Source of the DNA: the human T2T-CHM13v2.0 reference genome, Homo sapiens
Assembly (NCBI RefSeq): GCF_009914755.1
Contig: NC_060948.1
Length of the DNA stretch: 64,000 nt
Reading direction: 5' to 3' (one strand)
Made by a program: the position numbers and the translations under genes. Below, piece after piece: positions 37,954 through 56,420 of this stretch. Position 1 is the first letter of the stretch, and every line of letters begins with the position of its first letter. The notes under the pieces were generated by a model, which saw only the letters and a list, made by a program, of their open reading frames with translations, did not search any database and had not been told where the DNA came from.

Positions 37954-38443
37954 TCAGACCAGCTAAAATCACATGTATATGTGGGTCAAACATAAATGTG
38001 GTGTTTGAAATGTCCCTTTTCTTTGACACAAAACTTCATTTTTCAAGTATAAAGCCCGATTTTGATGCCCATTTGCGGTGTGCAAGTCCTCATTATTCCA
38101 ATGCTTCAGAGTCCGTGTTACAGGCAGAAATGTAAATATTTATTCTGTAATCGTCCTTTAATTTTTTTTTGTTCTTTCCTGCATCACAAAGTTTTTGACT
38201 GGCTGTTTCGGAAGACTATGTGATAGTTTCCTTTAACAGGGGGAGAAGAGCCCTTCATGATGGCGCTGAAGAATGATGATGCCTGTGTGTGTGCGGACCT
38301 GACCAAATTCTCAGGTTTGGGGTTACCCTCTAGATAAAGATTCTGATGGGGAGAGGGAGCTGTGATTTAGTTAATGCTTATCTGACTGCGCCACCTACCG
38401 GCTCGGCAGGGAATATGCTGCCTGCCTCTGAGGTTTTCACCGA

Positions 38444-38869
<426 letters not shown>

Positions 38870-38947
38870 TTAAAGCCTGCTTGCTGTGGGAGACTTTTCA
38901 GTATTCAAACTTTTATATTTAAGTACAATTTTTGATGATGTTGTGTC

Positions 38948-39250
38948 TTTTTTTTTTTGAAATGGGGGTCTTGTTCTGTCACCCAGGCTAGAAAGAAGTG
39001 GTGCCATCACAGCTCACTGCAGCCTTGACATCCTGGGGGCAAGCAATCCTCCCACCTCAGCCTCCAGACCAGCTAAAATCACAGGCGTGTGCCACCATGC
39101 TCAGCTAATATGTTTGTTTGTTTGTTTTGTAGAGACGAGGTATCACTATGTTGTCCAGGGTGGTCTTGAACTCTTGAACTCAAGAAATCCTCCTGCCTTA
39201 GTCTCCCAAAGTGCTAGGATTACAGACGTGCGTTACCGTGTGCAACCTGA
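38948..39250 (-). mobile_element. AluJ-like element
   Basis: degenerate antisense Alu. Confidence 0.85.
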
Positions 39251-39999
39251 TATTTTATCTGACAATGGTAGGGAGGGGCCAGAAGAGTCAGGGAGAGGGA
39301 GATGGAGACAGAAAGGAAAAGGAATAAAGAGAGAGAGAGAGAGACAAGGAGAGAGAGACTGATGGAAATTCTTTTTCCACCAACCGAGAAGAGAAGCAGC
39401 ATCCCATCAGAGGGGGTTGATCCAAGCCATCTACTGTATTAGTTCATGAGAAATGACTGGCTGTAACACATGAGCCCTGGAATTTCTGTGGCTTAACAAT
39501 TAAATAATTATTTCTCACTCATCCAGTTGTCCAGTGTAAGACTTAGGGACCCCTGAGCAGGCGGCCAGCTCTCAGCAAAGACAGCACAGTACCAGGGAAG
39601 GGTCACAGGAATTTTGGCACATGGCCAGCTGGTTCCACTGCACCTGCCCAGGGACGCTGGTCTCCAGGCTCCTGGCTTCTCAGCCTCAGCACAGATGTCT
39701 GCATCCCCAGAATTTTAAGGGAGGCTGCTGGAAGCCGGGGCAGGAGGTGGGATGAGAATGAAGCTTTTCAGAGCAGAGACCATAACAGACCAATTTTCAA
39801 ATTGTCTGAAAATGGAGCATGACCCAAATTCTTAGGAGACTCTAGGGAGGAGAGGGAACCGCAATAATAGCCGACATCACATTTCCCAGGGGAGTGGAGT
39901 CTAAGAGTCAGATTTGAGTCCGTTTAGATTGAAATTGGAAAGATACAGAGATGGAAGAGTCTGATGTTTCCTCAAAAGGTTAACCGAAGACATACCATA

Positions 40000-40341
40000 T
40001 GTAGTAGTTTGTTTTCACACTGCTGATAAAGACATACCCAAAATTGGGCAACTAACAGAAGAAAGAGAGGTTTAATGAACTTATAGTTCCATGTTGCTGG
40101 GGAGGCCTCACAATCATGGCAGAAGGCAAGGAGAAGCAAGTCACGTCTTACATGGATGGTAGCAGGCAAAGAGAGAGCTTGTGCAGGAAAACTCCCTTTT
40201 ATAAAATCATCAGATCTCATGAGACTTATTCACTACCATGAGTACAGCATGGGAAAGACCTGTCCCCATGATTCAATTACCTCCCACAACACATGGGAAT
40301 TCAAGATGAGATTTGGGTGGGGACACAGCCAAACCACATCA
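40000..40341. mobile_element. THE1 MaLR solo LTR inserted in an old L1 3' fragment (~39975-40610)
   Basis: CTGCTGATAAAGACATACCC...GATGAGATTTGGGTGGGGACACAGCCAAACCA THE1 motifs. Confidence 0.9.
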
Positions 40342-40612
40342 CCCTATGAGCCAGCAATTCTGCTTCTGGGCACATACTCAAGAGAAAAACGAGAACACGT
40401 GTCCACCAAATAGCTTGTACATTTATACACGTAATGTTGATAGCTGCACTACTCAAAATAGCCAAAAAGTGAAGGTGACCCAAACGTCCCTCAGCCAATG
40501 AACGGATTTAACAAAATATGGCATATCCATACAGTGGAATGTGATTCAGGCAGAAAAAGGTTTCAAGTGCTGACACATGCTACAGTGTGGGTGAGCCTTA
40601 CAAACATACACT

Positions 40613-40950
40613 GGCCAGGTGCAGTGGCTCCTTCCCGTAATCCCAACACATTGGGTGGCCAAGGCAGGTGGATTCCTGGAGGCCTGGAGTTTGAGACCAG
40701 CCTGGTCAACACGGTGAAACCCCATCTCTACTAAAAGGAAAATGCAAAAATTAGCCAGGTGCGGTGGTGCACACCTGTACTCCCAGCTACTCGGGAGGCT
40801 GGGGCACGAGAATTGGTTTAGCCTGGGAGATGGAGGTTGTAGTGTGCAGTGAGCCAAAATCATGTCACTGCACTCCAGCCTGGGTGACAGAGAGTGAGAC
40901 TCTGTCTCAAACAAACAAACAAAAACAAAAACAAAAAAAAAACCAAAAAA
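40613..40950 (+). mobile_element. Alu
   Basis: Alu consensus. Confidence 0.9.
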
Positions 40951-42316
40951 GCCCACTAACCCTAATGATTGCTGATGAGCTTTTTATAAAAATCGCAATC
41001 TTGGTCTCCTAAGTCATATTTTGGGTGGCGTATCTTGGTCTCCTAAGTCATATTTTGGGTGGCATATCTCGGTATCTTATAGGACATTCCTTTAGGTATT
41101 GCTCATTCACCCAAGGTGGCAGATTCCTATGGATTCCATCATAAATCAAGGACATGAATGAAGCCAATATTCTGTTCCCTCCCATTATGAATAAGCATCA
41201 TAAACAAGACACAGGAAAAACCATGTTTTGGCTCACGCTTTCCATAGAACTCCCATAGCCCTGAAATAGTCTGCTTTATTCATAGCAATGTGCCACCAGG
41301 ACATACTTGTTTATTCCTTGCAGAAATTAAGGGTAATGACAACCACTTTCAGTTTAGCATACCATTTTGAGCATGTAACTGAAAAGTGCATTCACTGTAT
41401 CTCCAAAAATAATGATATACATGCATATTTGTTTCTTGCAAACAAATATAAGTGCTCACACTATATCTCCAAAATGATATGCATGCATATTTTTTTCTTG
41501 CAAACAAAGTGCTCACGCTATATCTCCAAAATAATGATATGCATGCATATTTGTTTCTTGATAGGACAGATGTAAATATTTATGTGTGCTAAGATGTGGG
41601 GGACATTGAAAGGCTGCTGGGGTTTTTGCAGGCCCCTTAGAAGTGTTGCATGTGTTAAGAAGATGGGAAATACCCTCTTCCATAATTTATGGATGCTAAC
41701 TACATTCTCTAGCTCCCTTTCAGAGCCTGTCAGATACAAATGTAAAATTGTGTTTCCTCTCTCCCCATTATTTTTCCATGGATGTCATTTAGGAAATGAA
41801 AACGAACTCATGAGGACATGAGGATTGGATTGGATTCGACCACGAGAGTGATGGAGGGGTTTCAACAAAGTTCACCAAACTCCAGGCTCTTCATGGTGTC
41901 TGTCCACATGATTCAAAGTGTGACACACCCAGGCTTCCCGGAATTTAATTGACAGGTAACGTTTCAACATGTTTTCTGGAAGCACAGAAAGTCTAGATTT
42001 CAAGGAGGTGACTCTTTTCTCCCCAAAGCAGACCTTGAGACCGTGATTTTACCGCAAAGCTTTTGTGTTTGGGGAGGGTGGGCGGGGGTGAGTCCCAGGG
42101 AGCAGTGGGAGGGGAGAGGGAGTGAAGACAGAGAGTGGAAGATATTATCAGGCCAGTGACTGCAATGAGAGCTTGGAGACTCAGGGTCATCCCACCGGAA
42201 GAGTGAGGAAGGCCGGGGTCTTTTTCTGTCGTTTCCCAACATGTGTTGGCTGAGGTTGCTTCCAGGATGGGGGCATATGCTAGTTTTCTTGCACTTCCAA
42301 TCTGCTCAATGGGTGG

Positions 42317-42726
42317 TGTATTCGGCTCTTCTTGTACTGCTATAAAGAAATACCTGAGAATGGGTAATTGATAAAGAAGAGAGGTTTAATCGGCTCACAG
42401 TTCTGCAGGCTGGACAGGAAGCCTGACTGGGGAAGCCTCAGGAAACTTACAATTATGGCAGAAGGCAAAGGGCAAGCAGGTGCATCTTACATGGTTAGAA
42501 CAGGAGCAGGAGAGAGAGTGAGAAGGGAGGTGCCACACACTATTAAACAACTTGATCTTGTGAGAAATCACTCACTAGCATGAGAACAGCACCAAGAAGA
42601 GGATGCTAGACCATTCATGAAAAAGCACCCCCATGACCGAACCATCTCCCAATGGGCCCCAGCTCCAACGTTGGGGATTACAATTTGACATAACATTTGG
42701 GTGGGAACACAGATCCAAACCTTAGC
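42317..42726. mobile_element. MSTA-like MaLR solo LTR
   Basis: TGCTATAAAGAAATACCTGAG...GGGATTACAATTTGACAT...GGGAACACAGATCCAAAC. Confidence 0.85.
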
Positions 42727-43128
42727 AGGTGGGAAAGCAGGCTCAAGGGATAAGAGAATGGCATTGGGAAAATGATCACGTGTCTTGGCACCCAGAGGTT
42801 GGACCATCTTGCACTGACTGACAGTGTTGAGGAGGTAAAGTCCACGCCATATTGGTGAACTCCAGGAACGTGCTTCATTTTTTTTTTTGCAAGCAAGCAA
42901 CAGCATCTTTTATATCTAAGCAGCAAGACAAGCTGCCATCTTGTTTATCAATAGATCTAACATCTGAGTTGAATGTCTCCTATGAATTCCTACATCTCCT
43001 ATCTGTGTGTCTATGAGAATAGCCAAGTTGCCTCTTTGCCTTGAAAGGAAAGGATGGATGGAAAAGAGTTTGAACACTCCAGGTTTGCTGGAGGGAGTGA
43101 TGACATCTGAACAGGAGAGGAGTCAAAG

Positions 43129-45390
<2,262 letters not shown>

Positions 45391-45679
45391 TCACGCAATG
45401 TGTGGAGGGAGCTTTAGACGCGACGACAGGATGGTGAAGGGGGTGGTCACACGTGGAAGGAGACAGAAGGAAAGGTGCAGAGAACTGGGCAAGGCACTTG
45501 GCACAGCTGACCATTTTGTGTGATTCTGGGACAGAGAGAAGTGATGGTAGGTAATCTCCCAAAACTGTTCAGCAGCTGAGAGACCTGCTCCTTCCCCCAG
45601 CCGGCTCCGAGGAGCTGCATTTCTGCACAATGTACAGTAGCCCTCCCGCCCCATCTGTGGTTTTGCTTTCCACGGTGAA

Positions 45680-46950
<1,271 letters not shown>

Positions 46951-47007
46951 TTATCTCAAAATATATTTCTTTAATATATTGGGGAATACTCCTGAAATGC
47001 TATCTTT

Positions 47008-48140
<1,133 letters not shown>

Positions 48141-48543
48141 AAGAAACACTGTCTTTTGTGGGGGACCTTGCGTCTGTCGATCTGCAGAGGGTCTCCTGTA
48201 AGGCAGCCAACTCTTCTCTTGTCCGGATCTAGGAGAGATTAACTGAGAGTATGGTGCCTTTAAAGACCTGAAAAGAAATATTCAGCATCTCTTCTCTCTG
48301 GGGGCTGCTACCTGTGAAGCTGCATGTACATAACAAGCCCACTTTTGCTAGGAAAGCCTTTTCCTTTCTCCTTCCTATAACCTGTCTTGCAGCTAAAACC
48401 TGGTTTTGGCTGGACTCTGAGTCTGCATTCTTGTTTTTTGTTTTATTTGGTTGTATTTTGAGATAGGGTCTCCGTCGCCCAGGCTGGAGTGCAGTGGTGC
48501 AATTACATCTCTGCAGTCTTCATCTCCCAGGCTCAAGCAATCA

Positions 48544-48954
<411 letters not shown>

Positions 48955-49420
48955 TTAGGGAGTAGATTAGGCTGTTCCTGGTGTGTGTTACCAGAGATTC
49001 TGAAATATTCCTCGGTCGAATGCCTCCAAGAGTGATGTAGTCAACCACAAACCTCCCCCATCTGTTATATCTCCTTGTCTTGTCCCCCCAGATTGTTTTC
49101 TCATTGCTTTGCTTTTCCTGATGGGGTTCAGAAAACATTCCACCAAAATATGGAACTGTGGCATTTGAGAAAACAATTTAAGTAAGAAGGTCACTTTCAC
49201 CTTACCCTCATGGTTCTTCTTTAGCATAGGCCATAAAACCTCGGAAGGACTCTCTGACCTTACCCTGAAGCAGGTCAGGGGACCCTCATTCCAGAGGCGC
49301 CCTCCCTATACCAGGAGGAAGAGAATATCCTTAACTCTGAACATGCAGGGACACAGAAGAATCTGAACAAACAGGCCCTGCTAAGTTCCCGCAGTTTATT
49401 CTCATTAGATCAGATCCTTT

Positions 49421-49969
49421 TGCCAGAGGCATGTAAAACAGAGCCACTCCATCTTGAATAGGAGCTGGGTAAAATGAGGCTAAAACCTACTTGGCTGAAT
49501 TCCCAGATGGTTAAGGCATTCTAAGTCACAGGATGAGATAGGAGGTTGGTACAAGATACAGGTGATAAAGACCTTGCTGATAAAACAGGTTGCAGTAAAG
49601 AAGCCAGCCAAAACCCACCAAAACCAAGATGGCCACAACAGTGACCTCTGGTCGTCCTCACTGCTACACTCCTACCAGCACCATGACAGTTTACAGATGC
49701 CATGGCAACGTCAGGAAGTTACCCTACATGGTCTAAAAAGGGGAGGCATGAATAATCCACCCCCCATTTAGCATATCATCAAGAAATAACCATAAAAATG
49801 GGCAACCAGGAGCCCTCGGGGCTGCTCTATGGAGTAGCCATTCTTTATTCCTTTTGTTTCCTAATAAACTTGCTTTCACTTTACTCTATGGACTCACCCC
49901 GAATTCTTTCTTGCTTGAGATCCAAGAACCCTCTCTTGCGGTCTGGATTGGGACCCCATTCCTGTAACG
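49421..49969 (+). mobile_element. MER41A-like solo LTR nested in an older ERV1 LTR (~49119-50400)
   Basis: starts TGCCAGAGGC...CTCCATCTTGAATAGGAGCTGGGTAAAATGAGGCT and ends CCTGTAAC; lacks the GAS-bearing segment. Confidence 0.85.
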
Positions 49970-50028
49970 TTTTTGTCCAATAGTCATACTTCTCCATCAC
50001 TGTCCACTCTTCATTAAAAGTAAGCATA

Positions 50029-50233
50029 TCACATCTGTAATCCCAGCACTTTGGGAGCCGAGGTGGGTGGATCAACTGAGGTCAGGAGTTCGAAACCAGC
50101 CTGGCCAACATGGTAAGAGTCGCTTGAACTCAGGAGGTGGAGGTTGCAATGAGCTGAGATCCCGTCACTGCACTCCAGCCTGGGTGACAGAGTGAGATTC
50201 CGTCTCAAAAACAAACAAACAAACAAACAAAAA
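50029..50233 (+). mobile_element. Internally deleted Alu
   Basis: left arm joined to the distal right arm. Confidence 0.85.
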
Positions 50234-50961
50234 ACCAGAAAACCTAAGCGTAAAAATACTCAGATTTTCCTGTTTCTTTCTTTATGATGGCTTCTGTGTC
50301 ACGTAAAACCTAAATACATGGGCCTGCTTTTCTCTTGCTATTGTCTTTTGTTCTAGGGGCCTTAGTCATGAACCCAATGATGGGTGAGGAAATATATTTC
50401 TCTCTCACTGCTACCCTGCCATTACGACAGGCCACAGGCAGCACTTCCAGCTGCTCCGTGGATGTGCTGCAACTTGAATTTGAACTTATTTCAAGTTCTT
50501 TGCCTTCAGAATGGTCAGGAATAGAGCCCATCTTCCAGGTGAACCACAGCCCCATCATGTCAACAGGTTTAGACGCAATGACATTGGAGAGGCTTGACTG
50601 CTGAAAGTGAAGAAGGAAAGTGCTTCCTAGGATAGAGTTTGTAAAGGAGCTTAAATCAGTGATGTCTTCTTGCGTCCGGTCCATGCCAATGCGCAATTTC
50701 ATTTTGTTTCCCTCTTTACAGAAGAGGCTGGTCCCTGACTCTCTGGAACTGTATGCATGAGATGTTTCTCCTGAATCTACAGAGACGTAAATCCCCATGA
50801 CTCAAAGACAGAATCTGTGAAATTTTACTGTCTGATCTGGGAACAGTTTTTAGGATGTCATTGTCATCTGTTGATTGGATTTTGAGTTGACCCCCAAAAG
50901 TTCAGATAAAAAACATGTGTCTCAGCAGATCTGGTAGGCTGTGCCCCTCTTCTTCTTCTTC

Positions 50962-51334
<373 letters not shown>

Positions 51335-51739
51335 TGAAAAGACGCATACACAGGCTCACACACTAAGTTATTGCCAAATTAATTATTGCTGTAAAAATGC
51401 TTTGCACCACTGAGGGGGCACAGACCATGAAATTTCCAATGTATGAACTCTAGGCTACCAAATACTGTTTACCTTTGGGCGCTGTGAACCCCGAGGAAAA
51501 TTCCAGTGATTTGGGGGCAGTCACAAGGCAAAGTGGTCCAAATGGCCTGAACTCAAAATCAAAGAGCCCTTCGTTTTGATCCCAGTCCACTGCTAATGAA
51601 CTCTATGGCCCTGTGTTGTTTTCTTATCAGCAGACGTGAGCTAATAAGTCCAATATCCATGTATCACAATTGTTTCCCAATGAATGAACACACAGAAAGT
51701 TACACAATACAAAAATGTCAGGTAAAAATTTACTTGTTT

Positions 51740-52393
51740 GTCCATCAATCCATCTATTCACTCATCCATCCACTCATCCATCTATTCTTCTTCTACCCAC
51801 CCATCTATCCAGCTATCTATCCGTCTGTCCACTTATCTATCCATCCATCCATTCGTCCATCCATCCATCCATCCATCCACCCACTCATCTATCTCTACCC
51901 ATCCATCCAGCCAGCCAGTAATCTGTCCACCCATCTATCCATCCATCCACCCACCCACCCACCCATCTCTCTCTACCCCTCCAGCCACCCAGTAATCTGT
52001 CCATCCACCTATCCTTCCAACCATCCATCCACCCACCCATCCACCCACTTATCTATCTGTCCATCTATCCATAGATCAATCCGTCTATCCCCCCTTTCAT
52101 CCATCCATTTATTCATCTGTCCATTTATCCATTCCTCCACCCACCCATCCATTCATCCATTTATTCATCTATGTATCCATCCATTCATCCATCCACCCAA
52201 CTATCTATCCATCCAATCATCCACTCATCTTTCCATCCATCCACCCATTTATTCATTCATCCAGCCATCTATCTCTTTATCCATCCTTCCAGCAAGTGAT
52301 CCATCCATTCACGCATCCAGATGGCTGTCTGTCCATTCATTCATCCATCCACCACTTCCTACCCCCAGACCCATCTATCCACCCATCATCCAC
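51740..52393 (+). repeat. (TCCA)n degenerate simple repeat
   Basis: directly visible. Confidence 0.95.
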
Positions 52394-52721
52394 TGACTTC
52401 AAAAGCTTCATTTGATCGTCTGTGCAGCAGACATGGTGTGTGATGCTCTGACACCTCTTAAGTGCTTTGGTTGCCCACAAGAACCTCACGGGAGGTCTCT
52501 AAGTTGGGCTCAGACCTTGGTAATGAAAACCAGAAATAAAAGTGATTTAAAGAAAGCTGATAGAAACCTAACTTTAGCAAATGGTAAGATAAAAATGTAC
52601 TCCTTTGTCCTGTAAAAGAAGTTGGGAATGTGAGTCGGGCTGGCACAGCCGTCCTGCTGTATCATCAGCCACCCTGATACCTTTGCTCAACGTGTTCTGC
52701 CATGCTTAGAATACAACTTCT

Positions 52722-53042
<321 letters not shown>

Positions 53043-54092
53043 CTATCCTGTAGGAGACTTCCTGCTTCGAACTGGCTGCTGGGACTCCAGCCATCACGTC
53101 ATTATCCCAGGCAGGTTCAGGATGAAGCAAAGACCAAAAAAAAAAAAAAAAGAAAGAAAAAAGAAAAATGATTCTGCCTCCAGGAGTGGAGTGCATAGTT
53201 AGACTGCTGCATTCCTCAAACCCCTGAGGTGGGCCCCAGGGTGCGGGGCCAGCCCCTCTGGCCTTGCCTGTGTCTGATCCAGGGGCACAGGTGGCCTGGG
53301 GAGAGACGGAGTCACCCGCAGGCCTGAGACAGCACAAGACCAGTGTTACCGAAGGGCCCCTGACGCAGCCTGCTGGGGTGAGTCGCCAAGGACCAGGACT
53401 CAGCCAGGCGACCCAGATAGGGGTCTTACCCCCAACCCCAAACCACGACCACAAGTCCTCACTCCCAACCCTGTCTCTGAGCTTGCGGCAGAACGTCCTT
53501 GGTCCCGCGCAGAGCGGGTATCCGCAGTGTGTCTCAAAGCCCCCCACCCCCGCCATCTTTCACCACTGAGCGCCCCCAGCTCGGACGCTCCAGAAAGGAC
53601 CAGGGGCCGTGGCTGCCTGTCAAGGCCTACGCCTTTCTAAGCAGGGAGGGGATTGCACTTTGCACCCCTTGGGGATCGCCCTGAGCGCCCCGTGAGCAGC
53701 TGGAAGGGGGCCCCATAGTTTTCCGAGCAGAGGAGCAGGAAGAGTTTCATTTCCTCCCCGTTGGGGCTGCCTGGGGGGGGTGCCTGTTAGGAACAGAGAG
53801 GAGACAGCAAGGGCGGGCGCGGAGAGGCCCACACCTCTCCAAGAAGGGCAGCGGTTTCTCTTGGCTCCAGGTAGGGGCCGCCCTGGGGCGTGCATTTAAG
53901 GGGCTGTAGAGAGGGAGGGACCCGCACTTTCCCGAGAATGTTGGGGGTTGCACTTTGCTCTAGTTGGCGGCATCCTGGCGACGGGCTTGTGGGCGGGGGG
54001 CACTCACAGTTTCCTGAGAAGGGAAGGAGGGCGTCCCGTGGTCCCCTCGGCGCGGCCCGAGCCACCTCCGCCCGCCCCCTCCTCTGTCCCCT

Positions 54093-54156
54093 CCCCGGGC
54101 CCGGCGTTCCCTCCCCTTCCGTGCGCCAGTGGAGGCCGGGGTGGGGCGGGGCGGGG
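54093..54156 (+). ncRNA. MIR6089: Annotated microRNA hairpin miR-6089 (mature GGAGGCCGGGGUGGGGCGGGGCGG at 54131-54154)
   Basis: matches the hsa-miR-6089 sequence as recalled; its status as a genuine miRNA is doubtful. Confidence 0.75.
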
Positions 54157-54305
54157 CAGGCGCAGCCTGGGCTGAGTTTGCAGGGCTGCTCCCCTCACCC
54201 AACCCCTTCGAGTCCTCCGCGGGCTCCGCCCCACCCGGCCCGTGGGGGAGGTTCCGTCCCGCCGCCTTCGCCCGCGCGCTGCACTCGCGGACGATCTCTG
54301 CTCGC

Positions 54306-54371
54306 CTTGGGCGCGGGGCCGTGCTGGCGCTGCGGCTCCTCGGCCTGCTCCGCCGTCTGGTGGCCGCCCCG
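54306..54371 (+). pseudogene. CD99P1: CD99-like exon 1 signal-peptide remnant LGRGAVLALRLLGLLRRLVAAP
   Basis: 22 codons aligning to the CD99 signal peptide; no ATG; Arg substitutions in the hydrophobic core; donor GTGAGC at 54372. Confidence 0.9.
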
Positions 54372-55139
54372 GTGAGCGAGCGGCGGGATCCGGGTGGGAG
54401 GACGCGGGGGGTGGCGCGGGCTGGGCCTGGGGATCCGCCTGGGGATGTGGGGTGCAGGGGCGGGGCGCCCCGCGGGGACACCCGGCCCCTCTTCCGTGCC
54501 CGGCGGGACGCGCTGTGCCCACGGGGACCCAGGTCCGGAGGAGGCGCCCACTTTCTCCCCAGCGCTCTTCCTGGGGCCAGGTGGGAGCCGTTTCAGAGGA
54601 AAAAGCCAGCGTTTCTTTCGTAAACCAAAAAGTATCTGGGACAAGTCCCAATCCTTTTGAGTTGATTCGGCGAAGATCAGGAAGGAGCCCGGGAGACGGG
54701 TCTATGCCTTTCTCCAAAGATACTATTGAGAGCTTCGGTATTTAAAGGGGGAAAGCACGCTGGAGGGGAAAGAAGGAGGAAGGCTCATTTTACCGAATTC
54801 ACCTGTTGCAAAAGAAAAGCAGCAGGTAGAATAGTCAATTATGTATTTGTCTTGCGCTCACTAAATTGGCACTTTACTAAGATAAGGTCAACAGAGAGTT
54901 ATTGCACTGTCTGCTTGGGAACAGAAGGAAAGACAGCTTCCTGCCTGACTCAGCTTCCAGCTTTATTATTATTATTATTAATTATTTTGGCAGAGTGAAC
55001 TGGGGTTCCAAGTTTTAATTTTCCTTCTACAGTTTGCAGAATCGCAAACTCTTAAATTTAGGGGAACCTGGGGAAGAGGTGGCATCCGATTCCCCCCCAA
55101 CCCTGGTGACGTTCTTATGGATCTTATGGATACTGCAGT

Positions 55140-55700
55140 CTCTCTTCTCTTTCTGTCTCTCCTCTCTTCTCTTTCCTTTCTCTCTCTCCTCTTCTCTCCC
55201 TCTTCCTCTCTCTCTCTTCTCTCCTGTTCCCTCTCTCTCTTCTCTCTCTTCTTTCTCTCGCTTTTCTCTCTCCTCACTCTCCTCTCTCCCTCTCTCTCCC
55301 CTCTTTCCTCTTTCTCTCGCCTCTCTCTCACCTCTCTCCTCTCTCCCCTTTTCTCTCTCTCCCCCTCTTCTCTCTCTCCCCCTCTTCTTTCTCTCCTTTT
55401 CTCTCTCGTCTCTCTCTCCTCTCCTCTCTCTCCTCTCTCTCTCCTCTCCTCTCTCTCCTCTTTTCTCTCTCCCATCTCTCTCTCTCCTGTCTCCTTCTCT
55501 CTTGTCTCTCGCCTTTCTCCTCTCTCTATCTCCTCACTCTCTCCTTCTCTCTCCTCTCTCTCTTGTCTCTCTCCCGCCTCTCTCATCTATCTCCTCTCTC
55601 TCTCCCCCCTCTCCTCCCTCTCCTCTTTCTCTCCTCTATCTCCTCTCTCCCCCTCTTTCTCTCTCCTCTCTCTCTCTTACTCCCTCTTTTTCTGTCTCAT
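55140..55700 (+). repeat. (CT)n-rich polypyrimidine low-complexity tract
   Basis: directly visible. Confidence 0.95.
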
Positions 55701-55871
55701 GCTCATCTTTTACTGTTTTCACCTGAGGGAAGAGTGATGAGAAGATAGGAATTCACGTTTTCTGAAGTATTTAGAAACGTGGGGCCGTGGTGTTTTCTCC
55801 ACCTGTTTTTGGGTCATTCCTTCCTCATTTCTCAGAACATTGGTATTAACAGCTCATTTCCCTCCTTTAAG

Positions 55872-55914
55872 GGCTGACTTTGACTTAGCGATGCCTTTCC
55901 TGATGGAGGAAACA
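55872..55914 (+). pseudogene. CD99P1: CD99 exon 4-like copy 1 (43 nt, frameshifted)
   Basis: AAG|GGCTGACTTTGACTTAGCGATG...AACA|GTGAGT; 2 nt shorter than copies 2 and 3. Confidence 0.85.
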
Positions 55915-56105
55915 GTGAGTAACTTTTTAAAGTCTCCTCTGTTGCTGACTTTGCTGATTGTCATTGAATTATTATCATTTTCAAGACATCTCTTTTGCGT
56001 GATAAATGGATTGAGTTTGGACAGTGGGAACATAGGAAGTATATGTGTTGTTTATTTTTGTTGTTGGATTTTTGATATATTTTTTTTTTGTTACCAGCAT
56101 GCTGG

Positions 56106-56420
56106 TTTTTTTTTTTTTTTTTTTTTTTTGAAGTGTAGGTTCAGAGTCTCACTCTGTGGCCCAGGCTGGAGTGCGGTGGCGCGATCTCGGCTCACCGCAA
56201 CCTCCGCCTCCTGGGCTTAAGCGATTCTCGTGCCTCAGCCTCCTGAGCATCTGGAATTACAGGCACCCACTACCACGCCCGGCTAATTTTTGTCTTTTTA
56301 GTAGGGGCTGGGTTTTGCCATGTGGAGCAGGCTGGTCTCTAACTCCTAAACTCAAGCTATGCACTCACCTTGGCCTCCCAAAGTGCTGGGATTATAGGTG
56401 CAAGCCATCACGCCCAGCCA
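56106..56420 (-). mobile_element. Alu
   Basis: antisense Alu; CAG(C/T)ATGCTGG target-site duplication; absent from units 2 and 3. Confidence 0.9.

Larger units (their letters stand above)
53300..54740. promoter_or_regulatory. CpG island promoter of CD99P1
   Basis: GC and CpG rich; tandem GC boxes GGGGCGGGGCGGGG at 54143-54156; contains the CD99-like exon 1. Confidence 0.9.

Noticed and set aside
50310-50798. 162-aa minus-strand ORF in mostly non-Alu sequence
   Set aside because: No recognisable domain or codon bias, its end runs into an LTR, and there is no supporting promoter or splice context
51596-52396. 266-aa His/Pro/Ser/Ile ORF, and the similar ORF at 4580-5104
   Set aside because: Translations of (TCCA)n repeats; the two arrays being in opposite orientation is unremarkable for a common simple repeat
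54129-54623. 164-aa ORF containing the CD99-like signal peptide
   Set aside because: GTG start, reads through the exon 1 donor, and the signal peptide is disrupted by Arg residues; pseudogene remnant
54978-55737. 200-230 aa Glu/Arg-rich or Leu/Ser-rich ORFs
   Set aside because: Translations of the (CT)n tract
55730-55780. Apparent C/D snoRNA boxes GTGATGA ... CTGA in a tandemly repeated intron
   Set aside because: Boxes are only ~30 nt apart, there is no terminal stem, and box C is not kept in units 2 and 3 (TGATGT)
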